A stretch of DNA of 64,000 nucleotides, taken from assembly GCA_965223545.1 (NCBI GenBank), contig OZ245006.1, positions 7,968,001 to 8,032,000 of the forward strand. The letters run 5' to 3'. Source of the stretch: Planctomycetota bacterium (GTDB taxonomy: Bacteria > Planctomycetota > UBA1135 > UBA2386). Positions within the stretch are counted from its first letter, which is position 1. Every line of letters begins with the position of its first letter. The notes under the pieces were generated by a model that was given only the letters and a program-made list of their open reading frames with translations, was not told the origin of the DNA and did not search any database. This document shows, one piece after another, positions 9,129 through 18,457 of this stretch. Both the position numbers and the translations under genes were made by a program.

Positions 9129-12100
9129 ATGACCAGCTTGTTGCGGCGTGCAGTGCGATCTCTGGTGTGTCTCACCATCGCCAGCTGGGCCCCGGCGCAG
9201 CGTCCGCCCAACATCGTGCTGATCGTGATCGACGACCTGGGAGCGCACGACCTGGGCTGCGACGGCAGCAGCTACCACGAAACGCCGCGCATCGACGGGT
9301 TGGCGCGCGAAGGCGTGCGCTGCACGCAGGCCTACGCTGCCAGCGCCGTCGGATCGCCGTCACGGGCGGCCTTGCTGACGGGGCGGCACCCCGCGCGCTA
9401 CGGCATGACCGAGATGCTGCGCAGCGGCTCGCTCGCCGCGCGGCGCGCCGCGGCGCTGCGGCGCCAGCCCGCGGGGGAGACGCAGCGCGAAGGAGCGGCG
9501 ACGCGTACGCCGCGCGGTGCGGCGTGGCTGCCCCTGGCGGAGGTCACAGTGGCCGAGCAGCTCGCGGCGTGGGGATATGCCACCGGTCACGTCGGCAAAT
9601 GGCATCTGGGCATCGACGACTTCGGGCCGCGGGCGCAGGGATTCGCGTGGAGCGTCGGCAGCAGCCCGTACGACCGGCCGCCGAGCTACACGGCGCCGTA
9701 CCAAAGGAACCGGATCAAAGGCTTGGAGGGGTTGGAGGATGCGCCGCAGGGCGAGTACCTCACCACGCGAGAAGCTGCAGAAGCCGTCGGATTCATCGAG
9801 CGACAAGGGGCGGAGCCGTTCTTCTTGTACCTGGCACACCACGCGGTGCACCTGCCGCTGTCGGCCGAGCCGGCGCGCGTGCCCGCGTTTCGCGCCAAGC
9901 CGACGGGGTACCAGCGGCAGCCGGAGTACGCCGCGATGCTGGCGAGTGTCGACGCCGCGGTGGGGGCCGTGCTCGACGCGCTCGACCGCGGCGGCTTGAC
10001 CCGCGACACTCTGGTTTGGCTGACCTCGGACAACGGGGGCGTGGTGCATGCTCCCGCGACCAGCAACCATCCGCTGCGGGCGGGCAAGGGCTACCCGTAC
10101 GAGGGCGGCGTGCGCGTCCCGCTGGTGGTTCGCTATCCGGCGCGGCTACCCGCTGGGGCGGTGTGTGAGCAGGTCGTCAGCGGCCTCGACTTCGCGCCGA
10201 CGGTTGCCGCCTTGGTCGGCGCCGCCGATTCCGGCGGGGAGGCGATCCCGGCGATGGATGGTGTCGACGCGATGCCGTGGTTGGCGGGTGCTCCGGCGAC
10301 AGGGCCGCGCACCCTGCTGTGGCACTTCCCCCACGAGCTGCGCGGCGGCCGCATCGGTCCGTACGCGGCGCTGCGGAGCGGTCCGTGGAAGCTGGTGCGG
10401 TGGTTCGAGAGCGGTCGGCGCGAGCTGTACGACCTGACCGCCGATCCGGGCGAGCGTTTCGATCGGGACGACCCGGCGGCGCCGTCGGCGCGTCTCGATG
10501 CCGCCTTGGAGGCCGCGCTGGCCGCGGTGGGCGCCCGCTTGCCGACGCCGGTCGTGGCCACGCCGGCCGTCGAGCGGCCGCCGCCGCCGGCGTCCGCCGG
10601 TGAGTTCCGTGCCGGCTGGGACGAGGGCGTCGATCGGGCGTGGGTGGGGGCGGCGTACTGGGCGCAACCGTTGCACGACTGGCGCCTGCGCGCGGGCCGT
10701 GTCGAGGTCCTGGATCCGGCGCCCAACCGCGGATTGCACCTGTTGACGCATTGGTTGGCCGACGGGGCGCAGGCGCCGTTCGAATGCGAAGTCGAGATCG
10801 GCCGTCTACACGGTGGGCGTGGCAACGCCGGTTTCGCCGTGGGCGTGCGCGGTGGGCGCGACTATCGCTCGGCGGCAGTGCGCGGCGCCGGCATGTTCTT
10901 CGGCGTCAGCAGCGATGGCCGGTTGTTCTTGGACACCCCGGTCGGCGCGGCGCCGAACCCGGCAGTGGCGGCTCTGGCGCAGATGCAGCTGCGGTTGCGT
11001 GCCGAGCCCGACGACGGCCGGTTCTCGGTGCGGCTGTCGGTGCACGCTGCGGCCGGCGCGGAGGCCATCGCCAGCGCGGAGTTCCTGGTGCCGCGGGTCC
11101 ACGTCGGCGGTGGGCTTGCCTTGATCAACAACTACCGGCTGCCGGGGCGCCGCTCGGGCGCGTTCGAGGCACGGCACTGGTTCGGCGACTGGGTGGTGCG
11201 CGGAGAGGCTGTGCGCGAAGACCCGTCCCGTGCCTACGGTCCGCTTTGGTTCACGCAGCACAGCGTCGACCGTGGGGTGCTCCGGCTGAGCGCGCAGCTG
11301 GCACCGGCCGCCGGCGTGGGCGAGGCCGAGCTGTGGCTCGATGACGGCGCTGGTTGGCAGCTGGCGCAGAGTGCTTCGGTCGACCCCGTCGCCGCCAACG
11401 CCGTGTTTCAGGTGCCCGACTTCGACGCGACGACCCGGCACCGCTACCGCGTCGTTGCCGTGGGCGCGGCTTCGGCCGATGCGCTCGAGGGCAGCGTGCG
11501 GCCACCGAAGGAAGCGGGGCTGGTGCACGTCGCGGCGGTGCGGGGCCACGCCGAGCGGACCTTCCCGCACGGGGCGTTGGTGGACAATCTGCGCGAGGCC
11601 GATCCGGACGTGCTGTTGTTCGCCGGTGGTCAGATCGGGCCCCGCCCGCTGCCGGAGGCGGGCGAGGAACGGATGGTCGCGGCCTACCTCGGACGGCTCG
11701 GGGTGTTTGGCTGGGCGTTCGGCGATCTGCTGCGCGATCGGTTGAGCCTGATGCTGCTCGATCCGCACGGCGGCCCCTCACCGAGGGTCGGGCGCGGGGG
11801 CGGCGCGGGAGCCGCGCTGGATTTGGTCGTGCGGCGCACTTTGGCCGGTCATCTGCCCACGCCGACGGCGGCTGCCGGCGGCGAGCGCTACCGCGCGGTG
11901 GCGTACGGCGGGGTGGGCTTCGCGCTGCTCGACTTTGGCGACGGCACCGCGCCGGAGCTGGTGAGTGACCCGCAGCTGGAGTTCCTGCGCGGGTGGAGTC
12001 GCGACTGGCGCGGTGTCGAGCTCAAGATCGCCTGTGCGCCGCAGCTGCTGGCCGCGATGCCGAGCGGCGCGAATGCCACCGCGCCGTGGCCGCGGGCCCA

Positions 12101-12779
12101 GCGCGACGAGATCCTGGAGATCCTGAGGCGCGCGGGCATACCACTGGTTGCCGGCGGCGACGGTCCGCCGGTGTTCCTCCGCCACGGCGTCGATGCGTCG
12201 GCCGACGCGTCCTACGGTCTGCGGCTGCCGTGGATCGCCGTGCCCCCTGCTTTGTCGCCCGAACCCGGCTGGCCACTGCTGCAGGCCGCGCGCGACGCGC
12301 GCGGCAACCCGTTCACGCTGTTGGCGAGCGGCCACCCGCGTCCGGTGCGGCCGGAGGACGACGCGGCCGATGCGGTCGGCCACCGTCGCGGTGCGGGGCA
12401 TGCCGAGCTCTGGTGCGACGTCACCCGACGCCGCGTCGCGATCGACTGCTGGCGTCTGGCGTATGACCGCGACGAGCCCGCCGACGATGCCCAGCCGTCC
12501 GGCTGGCCGGTGTCGTTCGCGGCCACCGACAACGACGCCCGTTCCGGCGCGGTGCGACTCCCGCCGATCACGGTGAGTGGCGCGCGGCGCCCGGTGGTGG
12601 AGGTGTTCGATGGCGATCGCCTGTGGTCGACCGGGCCGCTGCCGGCCGACGGTCGGGTCACGGCCCCGCGCGCCACCGGCCGCTACCGCGTGGTGGTGAC
12701 CGATGCCGACCGCGGCGCCCGCGAGGAGCTGACGCTGGAACCCGGCGGTCCGGCGGCGTCGGTCGTGCTGCACCCCTGA
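9129..12779 (+). CDS. Sulfatase-family domain fused to a PhoD-like metallophosphatase module; both active sites look degenerate
   Basis: 'PNIVLIVIDDLG', 'GSPSRAALLTGR', 'GKWHLG', 'SDNGG', 'YEGGVRVP'. The C-terminal ~700 aa resemble PhoD-like proteins ('DPDVLLFAGGQI', 'FGWAFGDLLRD'). Confidence 0.75.
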   Translation: MTSLLRRAVRSLVCLTIASWAPAQRPPNIVLIVIDDLGAHDLGCDGSSYHETPRIDGLAREGVRCTQAYAASAVGSPSRAALLTGRHPARYGMTEMLRSGSLAARRAAALRRQPAGETQREGAATRTPRGAAWLPLAEVTVAEQLAAWGYATGHVGKWHLGIDDFGPRAQGFAWSVGSSPYDRPPSYTAPYQRNRIKGLEGLEDAPQGEYLTTREAAEAVGFIERQGAEPFFLYLAHHAVHLPLSAEPARVPAFRAKPTGYQRQPEYAAMLASVDAAVGAVLDALDRGGLTRDTLVWLTSDNGGVVHAPATSNHPLRAGKGYPYEGGVRVPLVVRYPARLPAGAVCEQVVSGLDFAPTVAALVGAADSGGEAIPAMDGVDAMPWLAGAPATGPRTLLWHFPHELRGGRIGPYAALRSGPWKLVRWFESGRRELYDLTADPGERFDRDDPAAPSARLDAALEAALAAVGARLPTPVVATPAVERPPPPASAGEFRAGWDEGVDRAWVGAAYWAQPLHDWRLRAGRVEVLDPAPNRGLHLLTHWLADGAQAPFECEVEIGRLHGGRGNAGFAVGVRGGRDYRSAAVRGAGMFFGVSSDGRLFLDTPVGAAPNPAVAALAQMQLRLRAEPDDGRFSVRLSVHAAAGAEAIASAEFLVPRVHVGGGLALINNYRLPGRRSGAFEARHWFGDWVVRGEAVREDPSRAYGPLWFTQHSVDRGVLRLSAQLAPAAGVGEAELWLDDGAGWQLAQSASVDPVAANAVFQVPDFDATTRHRYRVVAVGAASADALEGSVRPPKEAGLVHVAAVRGHAERTFPHGALVDNLREADPDVLLFAGGQIGPRPLPEAGEERMVAAYLGRLGVFGWAFGDLLRDRLSLMLLDPHGGPSPRVGRGGGAGAALDLVVRRTLAGHLPTPTAAAGGERYRAVAYGGVGFALLDFGDGTAPELVSDPQLEFLRGWSRDWRGVELKIACAPQLLAAMPSGANATAPWPRAQRDEILEILRRAGIPLVAGGDGPPVFLRHGVDASADASYGLRLPWIAVPPALSPEPGWPLLQAARDARGNPFTLLASGHPRPVRPEDDAADAVGHRRGAGHAELWCDVTRRRVAIDCWRLAYDRDEPADDAQPSGWPVSFAATDNDARSGAVRLPPITVSGARRPVVEVFDGDRLWSTGPLPADGRVTAPRATGRYRVVVTDADRGAREELTLEPGGPAASVVLHP

Positions 12780-12800
12780 CGCCCGCGGTCTTCCTCCTGG

Positions 12801-14078
12801 TCACACCAACTTGGTGTCGCCCGGCCGCGCCACCGATGGGGGTGGCAGCGCGCCGTCCATCGACAGGTCGGCCGGCATCAGGTCGAGGGTGGACTCGTTG
12901 GCGACGAAGTCCCAAGTCACGCGTTCGCCGGTGTAGGCCGCGAGCCGGCCCATGACCGCGGTCAACGAGCTCGCCGCCATCTCCTCGGCTTCGACGATCG
13001 GCTTGCCGGCGCGGATCGACGCGATCAAGTGCTCGTGCTCGGTGACGTAGGCGTTGGGCTCGTACCGCGTCTTCAACAGCCGCTCGCCGCCGTGCGTGGT
13101 GATCGTGGTGGTGCCGAACGGCGCGATCACCGCGATGCCCTTGGTGCCGACGATGCGGTTGCTGGTCTCGGCCGCGCCGGGCTGCTGGCGGCACATGAAC
13201 GACAGAGTCGCGCCGGTGCCGTACTCGTAGTCGACCGAGGTGCAGTCGTAGATCTCACTGTCGGCGGGCCTGAGGCGTTGGCCGCCCGCGCCGAACGCCG
13301 ACACCGGCGGGCCGCCCATGGCCCAGTTGATGGCGTCGATGTTGTGCACGGCCTGCTCGACGATCTGGTCGCCGCAGAGCCAGACGAAGTGGTACCAGTT
13401 CCTGAGCTGGTAGGCGACGTCGCTCTCGCCCTCCTCGCGGGCGTGGTACCAGATGCCGCCCGAGCAGTACCGCGCCTGGGCGAACAGCACGTCGCCGATC
13501 GCGCCCTCGTGGATCGCCTCGATGCCCTCGGTGTAGTTGTTGGCGCGCCGGAACTGGGTGCCGGTGACGATGGCGAGTCCCTTCTTGCGCGCGATCGCGG
13601 CGGAGGCCAGGATCGAGCGGTAGCCGGCGGGGTCGACACAGGCGGGCTTCTCGATGAACGAGTGCTTGCCGGCGGCGACCGCCGCGGCGAGGTGCAGCGG
13701 CCGGAAGCCGGGTGCGGTGGCGTGCAGCACGAGGTCGACGTCGGGGTGCTCGATCAGCCGCTGGTACGCGTCGAGACCGCCGAAGATGGCCTCGTCGGCG
13801 ACGTCGACGTGGGACTCGAACGCGCCGTCCTCGGTGGCGCGCAGCGCGTCGCGGGCGCCACGCGCCTTGTCGAGGAAGGCGTCGGCCAGCGCGACCAGCC
13901 GCACGCCCTCGCTCGAGCGGATCGACTGCAGCGCCGCGCCCTTGCCGCGCCCGCCGCAGCCGATCAGGCCGATGCGGATCTCGTCGTTCCCGGCATGCGC
14001 TCGGGTTCGGGGGGCGACGCTGACCGCGGCGGCGGCGGCGCTGCGGGAGAGGAAGACGCGGCGATCGACCTTGGTCAT
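12801..14078 (-). CDS. Gfo/Idh/MocA family oxidoreductase with Tat signal
   Basis: 'DRRVFL' twin-arginine motif, 'IGLIGCGGRG', 'FIEKP', 'EQAVHNID'. Confidence 0.92.
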   Translation of the reverse strand: MTKVDRRVFLSRSAAAAAVSVAPRTRAHAGNDEIRIGLIGCGGRGKGAALQSIRSSEGVRLVALADAFLDKARGARDALRATEDGAFESHVDVADEAIFGGLDAYQRLIEHPDVDLVLHATAPGFRPLHLAAAVAAGKHSFIEKPACVDPAGYRSILASAAIARKKGLAIVTGTQFRRANNYTEGIEAIHEGAIGDVLFAQARYCSGGIWYHAREEGESDVAYQLRNWYHFVWLCGDQIVEQAVHNIDAINWAMGGPPVSAFGAGGQRLRPADSEIYDCTSVDYEYGTGATLSFMCRQQPGAAETSNRIVGTKGIAVIAPFGTTTITTHGGERLLKTRYEPNAYVTEHEHLIASIRAGKPIVEAEEMAASSLTAVMGRLAAYTGERVTWDFVANESTLDLMPADLSMDGALPPPSVARPGDTKLV

Positions 14079-14133
14079 GACGGTCAGAGAGCGTAGCGCT
14101 CCGATCGCCGAGCGCCGAGTCCTTCGCCGTCGT

Positions 14134-15477
14134 CTACTTGGTCTCGTCGATCCAGGGCTGCCAGGCGTCGGCGGCGCGGTCGTTGCCCATGTCGCGCAGC
14201 AGCTCGATGCCGCGCGCCATCACTTCGCGCGCGACCGAGCTGACGTTCTCCCGGCGGCCGCGCGCCAGGCAATAGCCCTGGTCGATCAGGCACTGGGCCT
14301 GCTTGGCCACGGCCTGGATACCGCCGTAGCGCTGCGCCGCGATCTGGTACGAAGCCGCCGCCAAAGACCAGTCGCCGTCCGGGTTGCGGTTGGGCTGCAG
14401 GCTCCAGGCGAGCCAGTGCCGAAACTTGGCTTCCTCGGCGTTGGCTTCGACCCGCGCGCACAGCTTGGCGGCGGTCTCGTAGGCGGTCACCGCCTTCTGC
14501 CAGCTGCCGTTGGGGTTGCGACCCGGAATCTGCCAGTGCGCGAGCAGACCGAAGCACTCCGCTTGGCTCAGGACCTCGCCGGCGCGGTCGAACAGCCGGG
14601 CCGCGCGGGCGAACAGCGTGCAGGCGCGCTCTACCTTCGGCTGCGGGTTGCGGTCGTCGACGAGGATCTCGCCCATGGCGCGCAGGCTCGCCGCGTGGTC
14701 GGCGTGGGCGCCGGCGGCGCCGCTGAGCTCGGCCGCTTCGCTGTAGGAGAGCAGCGCCGTGCGCAGGTCGCCGTGATCGCGCTTGTGGTGGCAGTGCGCG
14801 AGGGCGCGCAGTGACTCGGCCAGCTCGACCGCGGGCACCTTGCCTTCGCGAGCCACTTCGAGAGCGCGTGCGTTGATCTGCAGGGCGGCGTCCCAATCGC
14901 CTTCGGGGTTCTGCGCGGTCGGCGTGACGCACCACGCCGCCCAGTGGAGGGCGGTGCGCAGCTCGCGTTGGTTGCCGAGCTGGCGGAACAAGTCCGCGCT
15001 CTGCTCGTGCAGGGTCTTGGCCTCCTGCCAATCGCCGGCGGGGTCGCGGTCGCGCTGGCGGCAGAGGGCCAGCTCGCGCAACGCCAGCGCGCGCGCCAAG
15101 ACGTCGCCGATCTGCTCGCGCAGGTCGATCGCGGTGCGCAGCAGCGTGGTGGTCTGTCGCCAGCTGCCGGCGGGGTTGGCGCCGGGCCGCGTGCAGCGCG
15201 CCGCGAGCTCGAGGCTGGCGGCGGCGCCCCTCGCGTCACCGTAGGTGTCGAACACCAGACGGGCCCGCTCGAGCTCGACTACGGCACCCTGTAGATCGCC
15301 CTCTTCTTGCGCGCGCTGGCCGCGCTCGAACAGCCATTGGCCCAGAGTGGGGAGCTGCGAGTAGCCTGCGAGCCCGAGCCCGCCGGCGACCACCAGGCCG
15401 GTGATCAAGGCGGGCATCTTCGAGCGCTTTCGCCGCAACAAATGGGGTGGCGTCCAGGTTCGGGCGGCCGGAGTCAC
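14134..15477 (-). CDS. Membrane-anchored TPR-like repeat protein (~44-aa repeats)
   Basis: N-terminal TM helix and recurring helical repeats with an NPxGxW loop. Alternative start is ATG at 15417. Confidence 0.7.
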   Translation of the reverse strand: MTPAARTWTPPHLLRRKRSKMPALITGLVVAGGLGLAGYSQLPTLGQWLFERGQRAQEEGDLQGAVVELERARLVFDTYGDARGAAASLELAARCTRPGANPAGSWRQTTTLLRTAIDLREQIGDVLARALALRELALCRQRDRDPAGDWQEAKTLHEQSADLFRQLGNQRELRTALHWAAWCVTPTAQNPEGDWDAALQINARALEVAREGKVPAVELAESLRALAHCHHKRDHGDLRTALLSYSEAAELSGAAGAHADHAASLRAMGEILVDDRNPQPKVERACTLFARAARLFDRAGEVLSQAECFGLLAHWQIPGRNPNGSWQKAVTAYETAAKLCARVEANAEEAKFRHWLAWSLQPNRNPDGDWSLAAASYQIAAQRYGGIQAVAKQAQCLIDQGYCLARGRRENVSSVAREVMARGIELLRDMGNDRAADAWQPWIDETK

Positions 15478-15568
15478 TTCCGCTTCATCGACGCGGCGCG
15501 AACACCGACTTGAGATCGAGGGGGCCCGTGGTGGCGAGCGCTGGGCACCGCGGCGCTATGGTGTCGGC

Positions 15569-18457
15569 ATGCGCAACACTGCCGGTTTTGTCACCGCCGC
15601 GCTGTGCGCCGCGGGCGTGGTCGCGGCCCAGAATCCCAGCGGCGTCCGCGTCGAGCAGGGAGCGGACGGAGTGCGGGTTTCGATCGATGACCAGCTGCTG
15701 ACGGTCTACCGCCACCAGGGTTTTTCACGACCGATCCTGTATCCCCTGCACGGTCCCGGTGGCACCGTCGTGGTGCGGCATTGGCCGATGCGCGACGACG
15801 TCGAAGGCGAGCAGCGCGACCACGTCCACCAGCGGTCATTGTGGTTCGCGCACGGCGATGTCAACGGCGTCGACTTCTGGTCCGAAGGCGCCGCCGCGGG
15901 CCGCATCGAGCACGTCGCCTTCGACCGCACCGAAGTGGTCGAGGACACGGGCATCATCGCAGCGCGCAACCGCTGGCTGGCGGCCGACGGCAGCGAGGTG
16001 TGCCGTGACCGGCGCGTGCTGCGGTTTCGTCCGGTCGATGGGGCCGTCGAGATCGACTACGACGTGACCCTCGAGACCAGCGCCGGTCCACTGCAGTTCG
16101 GCGACACCAAAGAAGGCACGATGGCGATCCGGCTGGCCAAGGAGCTGCGCTTGCGCGGCCCGGCGGCGGGCGGGCGTTGCATCACCAGCCGGGGACATGC
16201 CGACGCGTCAGCCTGGGGCAAGCGCGCGGAGTGGGTCGACTACTGGGGCGCCGTCGACGGGCACGTGGTCGGGGTGGCGTTGATGGCACACCCGGACAAC
16301 CACGCGCACCCCACCTGGTGGCATGCCCGGGACTACGGATTGCTTGCGGCCAACCCGTTCGGTGCGCACGACTTCGAGGGCGCTCCGCCGGGTACCGGCG
16401 CGCTGCGCTTGGCGCCTGGCGAGCGCCTGACCCTGCGCTATCGCTTCGTGCTGCATCGCGGCGACGCCGTCGACGCGGGCATCGCGGCTCGCTACGAGAG
16501 GTATGCCGCCGTCACACGCATGCTCGAGCGACGCTGGGAGTTCGACGGTCCGGCGCGCCTGGCACAGTGGAGGCTGTCGGACGACGCGGCGTGGCGGGTG
16601 CGCGATGGAAGCCTCGAGCTCCACGCCGCGAGCAGCTACTCCCCGCCGGTGCGTTCGCCCCGCGCGCTGGCCCTGGCCGACGTGCGGGTCGGCGACTTCG
16701 AGCTGGATGTGGTGGCGCAGCAGACCGGCCGCGAATACCCACACCGCGATCTCTGCATCGTGTTCGGCGTGCAGAGCCCGAGCCGCTACTACTACGCGCA
16801 CCTGGCGTCGGCCGCCGACGCGCACGCGCACAACGTGTTCTTGGTCGATGGCGCCGACCGAAGAGCGATCGGAACCGCACACACCGACGGTGTCGATTGG
16901 GGCGCAGGCTGGCACCGGGTCCGGTTGCGTCGATCGGTGACCGATGGTCGGATCGAGGTCTACTTCGACGACATGCAGCGCCCGGTGATCACCGCGACCG
17001 ACCACACCTTTGCCGACGGGGCTCTGGGCGTGGGCTCGTTCGACGACACCGGGCGGTTCAAGGACATCGTGCTGCGTGCTCCACGGCTGGAGGAAGCCCC
17101 GGCACCGCGGTTTCGCGCACCCCCCAACGTGGTCTTGATCATGGCCGACGACCTCGGCTACGCCGAGCTCGGCTGCTACGGACAGGAGCGCATTGCAACC
17201 CCGCACATCGACCGGCTGGCGGCGCAGGGAATGCGGTTTACCCAGGCCTACTCGGGCGCGCCGGTGTGTGCACCGGCGCGGTGCGTGCTGCTCACCGGCC
17301 GGCACTCGGGCCACGCCACCATCCGCGACAACTTCGAGCACAAGCCGGAGGGGCAGAAGCCGATCCGCGACGCCGACGTGACCCTCGCCGAGGTGCTGGC
17401 ACCCGCCGGCTATGCCAGCGGCGCGTTCGGCAAGTGGGGGCTCGGCTATCCGGGCAGCGAGGGCGATCCGCTGGCGCAGGGGTTCGACCGCTTCTACGGC
17501 TACAACTGCCAGCGCCACGCCCACAACTTCTATCCGCGCTACCTGTGGAGCGACGCCGAGCAGGTGCGGCTTGCGGGCAACGACCGCGGCGTCACCGGTG
17601 CGCAGTACTCGCACGACTTGATCGAGGCCGAGGCACTGGAGTTCATCCGCGCGCACGCCGAGCGCCCGTTCTTCTGCTACGTGCCCTTCACCATTCCCCA
17701 CCTGGCGCTGCAGGTGCCCGAGGCGTCGTTGGCCGAGTACGCGGGCCGCTGGCCGGAGACGCCGTACGAGGGGCGGAGCTACCTGCCGCACCCGACGCCC
17801 AAGGCGGCGTACGCGGCGATGGTCAGCCACATGGACCGCAGCGTGGGCCGGCTGATGGAGCTGCTCGACGAGCTCGAGCTCGCCGACAACACGCTGGTCG
17901 TGTTCACCAGTGACAACGGGGTGACCCACCTCAAGGGACAGGTCGACTACGAGTTCTTCCAGAGCTCCGGTCCGCTGCGGGGACTGAAGGGATCGGTCTA
18001 CGAGGGCGGCATTCGCGTGCCGTTGATCGCTCGCTGGCCGGGTGTGATCGAGGCGGGCGCCGAGACCGATCACGTCTGTGGATTCCAGGACGTGATGCCG
18101 ACCCTCGCCGATGTCGCCGGCGTCCCGCTGCAGGGCGAGTGCGATGGCATCAGCCTGCTGCCCACCCTCACCGGCGGCGAAGGACAAGGGCAGCACGACT
18201 ACCTGATCTGGGACTTTCCCGGCTATGGCGGACAGCTGGCCGTGCGCAAGGGCCGTTACAAGGCGGTGCGGCGCAACCTGCGCAAGGAGCCCGACGCCCC
18301 GCTCGAGCTGTACGACTTGCAGAACGACATCGGCGAGCAGCAAGACCTCGCGGCCGAGTTGCCCGAGGTGGCCGCCGAGCTGGCGCGGCTGATGCGCGTC
18401 GGGCGCACCGAGCCGATGCACGAACGGTTCCGTTTCGGAGAATACGGTGACCGCTGA
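15569..18457 (+). CDS. Secreted three-module protein: DUF6807 ('PmoA-family') domain, lectin-like beta-sandwich, Cys-type arylsulfatase
   Basis: Signal peptide, 'RPILYPLHGP', 'DHVHQRSLWFAHGDVNG', 'WHARDYGLLAANPFG', middle 'GVGSFDDTG', sulfatase 'MADDLG', 'CAPAR', 'GKWGLG', 'SDNG'. Confidence 0.82.
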   Translation: MRNTAGFVTAALCAAGVVAAQNPSGVRVEQGADGVRVSIDDQLLTVYRHQGFSRPILYPLHGPGGTVVVRHWPMRDDVEGEQRDHVHQRSLWFAHGDVNGVDFWSEGAAAGRIEHVAFDRTEVVEDTGIIAARNRWLAADGSEVCRDRRVLRFRPVDGAVEIDYDVTLETSAGPLQFGDTKEGTMAIRLAKELRLRGPAAGGRCITSRGHADASAWGKRAEWVDYWGAVDGHVVGVALMAHPDNHAHPTWWHARDYGLLAANPFGAHDFEGAPPGTGALRLAPGERLTLRYRFVLHRGDAVDAGIAARYERYAAVTRMLERRWEFDGPARLAQWRLSDDAAWRVRDGSLELHAASSYSPPVRSPRALALADVRVGDFELDVVAQQTGREYPHRDLCIVFGVQSPSRYYYAHLASAADAHAHNVFLVDGADRRAIGTAHTDGVDWGAGWHRVRLRRSVTDGRIEVYFDDMQRPVITATDHTFADGALGVGSFDDTGRFKDIVLRAPRLEEAPAPRFRAPPNVVLIMADDLGYAELGCYGQERIATPHIDRLAAQGMRFTQAYSGAPVCAPARCVLLTGRHSGHATIRDNFEHKPEGQKPIRDADVTLAEVLAPAGYASGAFGKWGLGYPGSEGDPLAQGFDRFYGYNCQRHAHNFYPRYLWSDAEQVRLAGNDRGVTGAQYSHDLIEAEALEFIRAHAERPFFCYVPFTIPHLALQVPEASLAEYAGRWPETPYEGRSYLPHPTPKAAYAAMVSHMDRSVGRLMELLDELELADNTLVVFTSDNGVTHLKGQVDYEFFQSSGPLRGLKGSVYEGGIRVPLIARWPGVIEAGAETDHVCGFQDVMPTLADVAGVPLQGECDGISLLPTLTGGEGQGQHDYLIWDFPGYGGQLAVRKGRYKAVRRNLRKEPDAPLELYDLQNDIGEQQDLAAELPEVAAELARLMRVGRTEPMHERFRFGEYGDR

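Noticed and set aside
15569..16520. Particulate methane monooxygenase (PmoA)
   Set aside because: This is a soluble secreted domain of the misleadingly named 'PmoA-family'/DUF6807 type, with no TM helices and no pmoB/pmoC.
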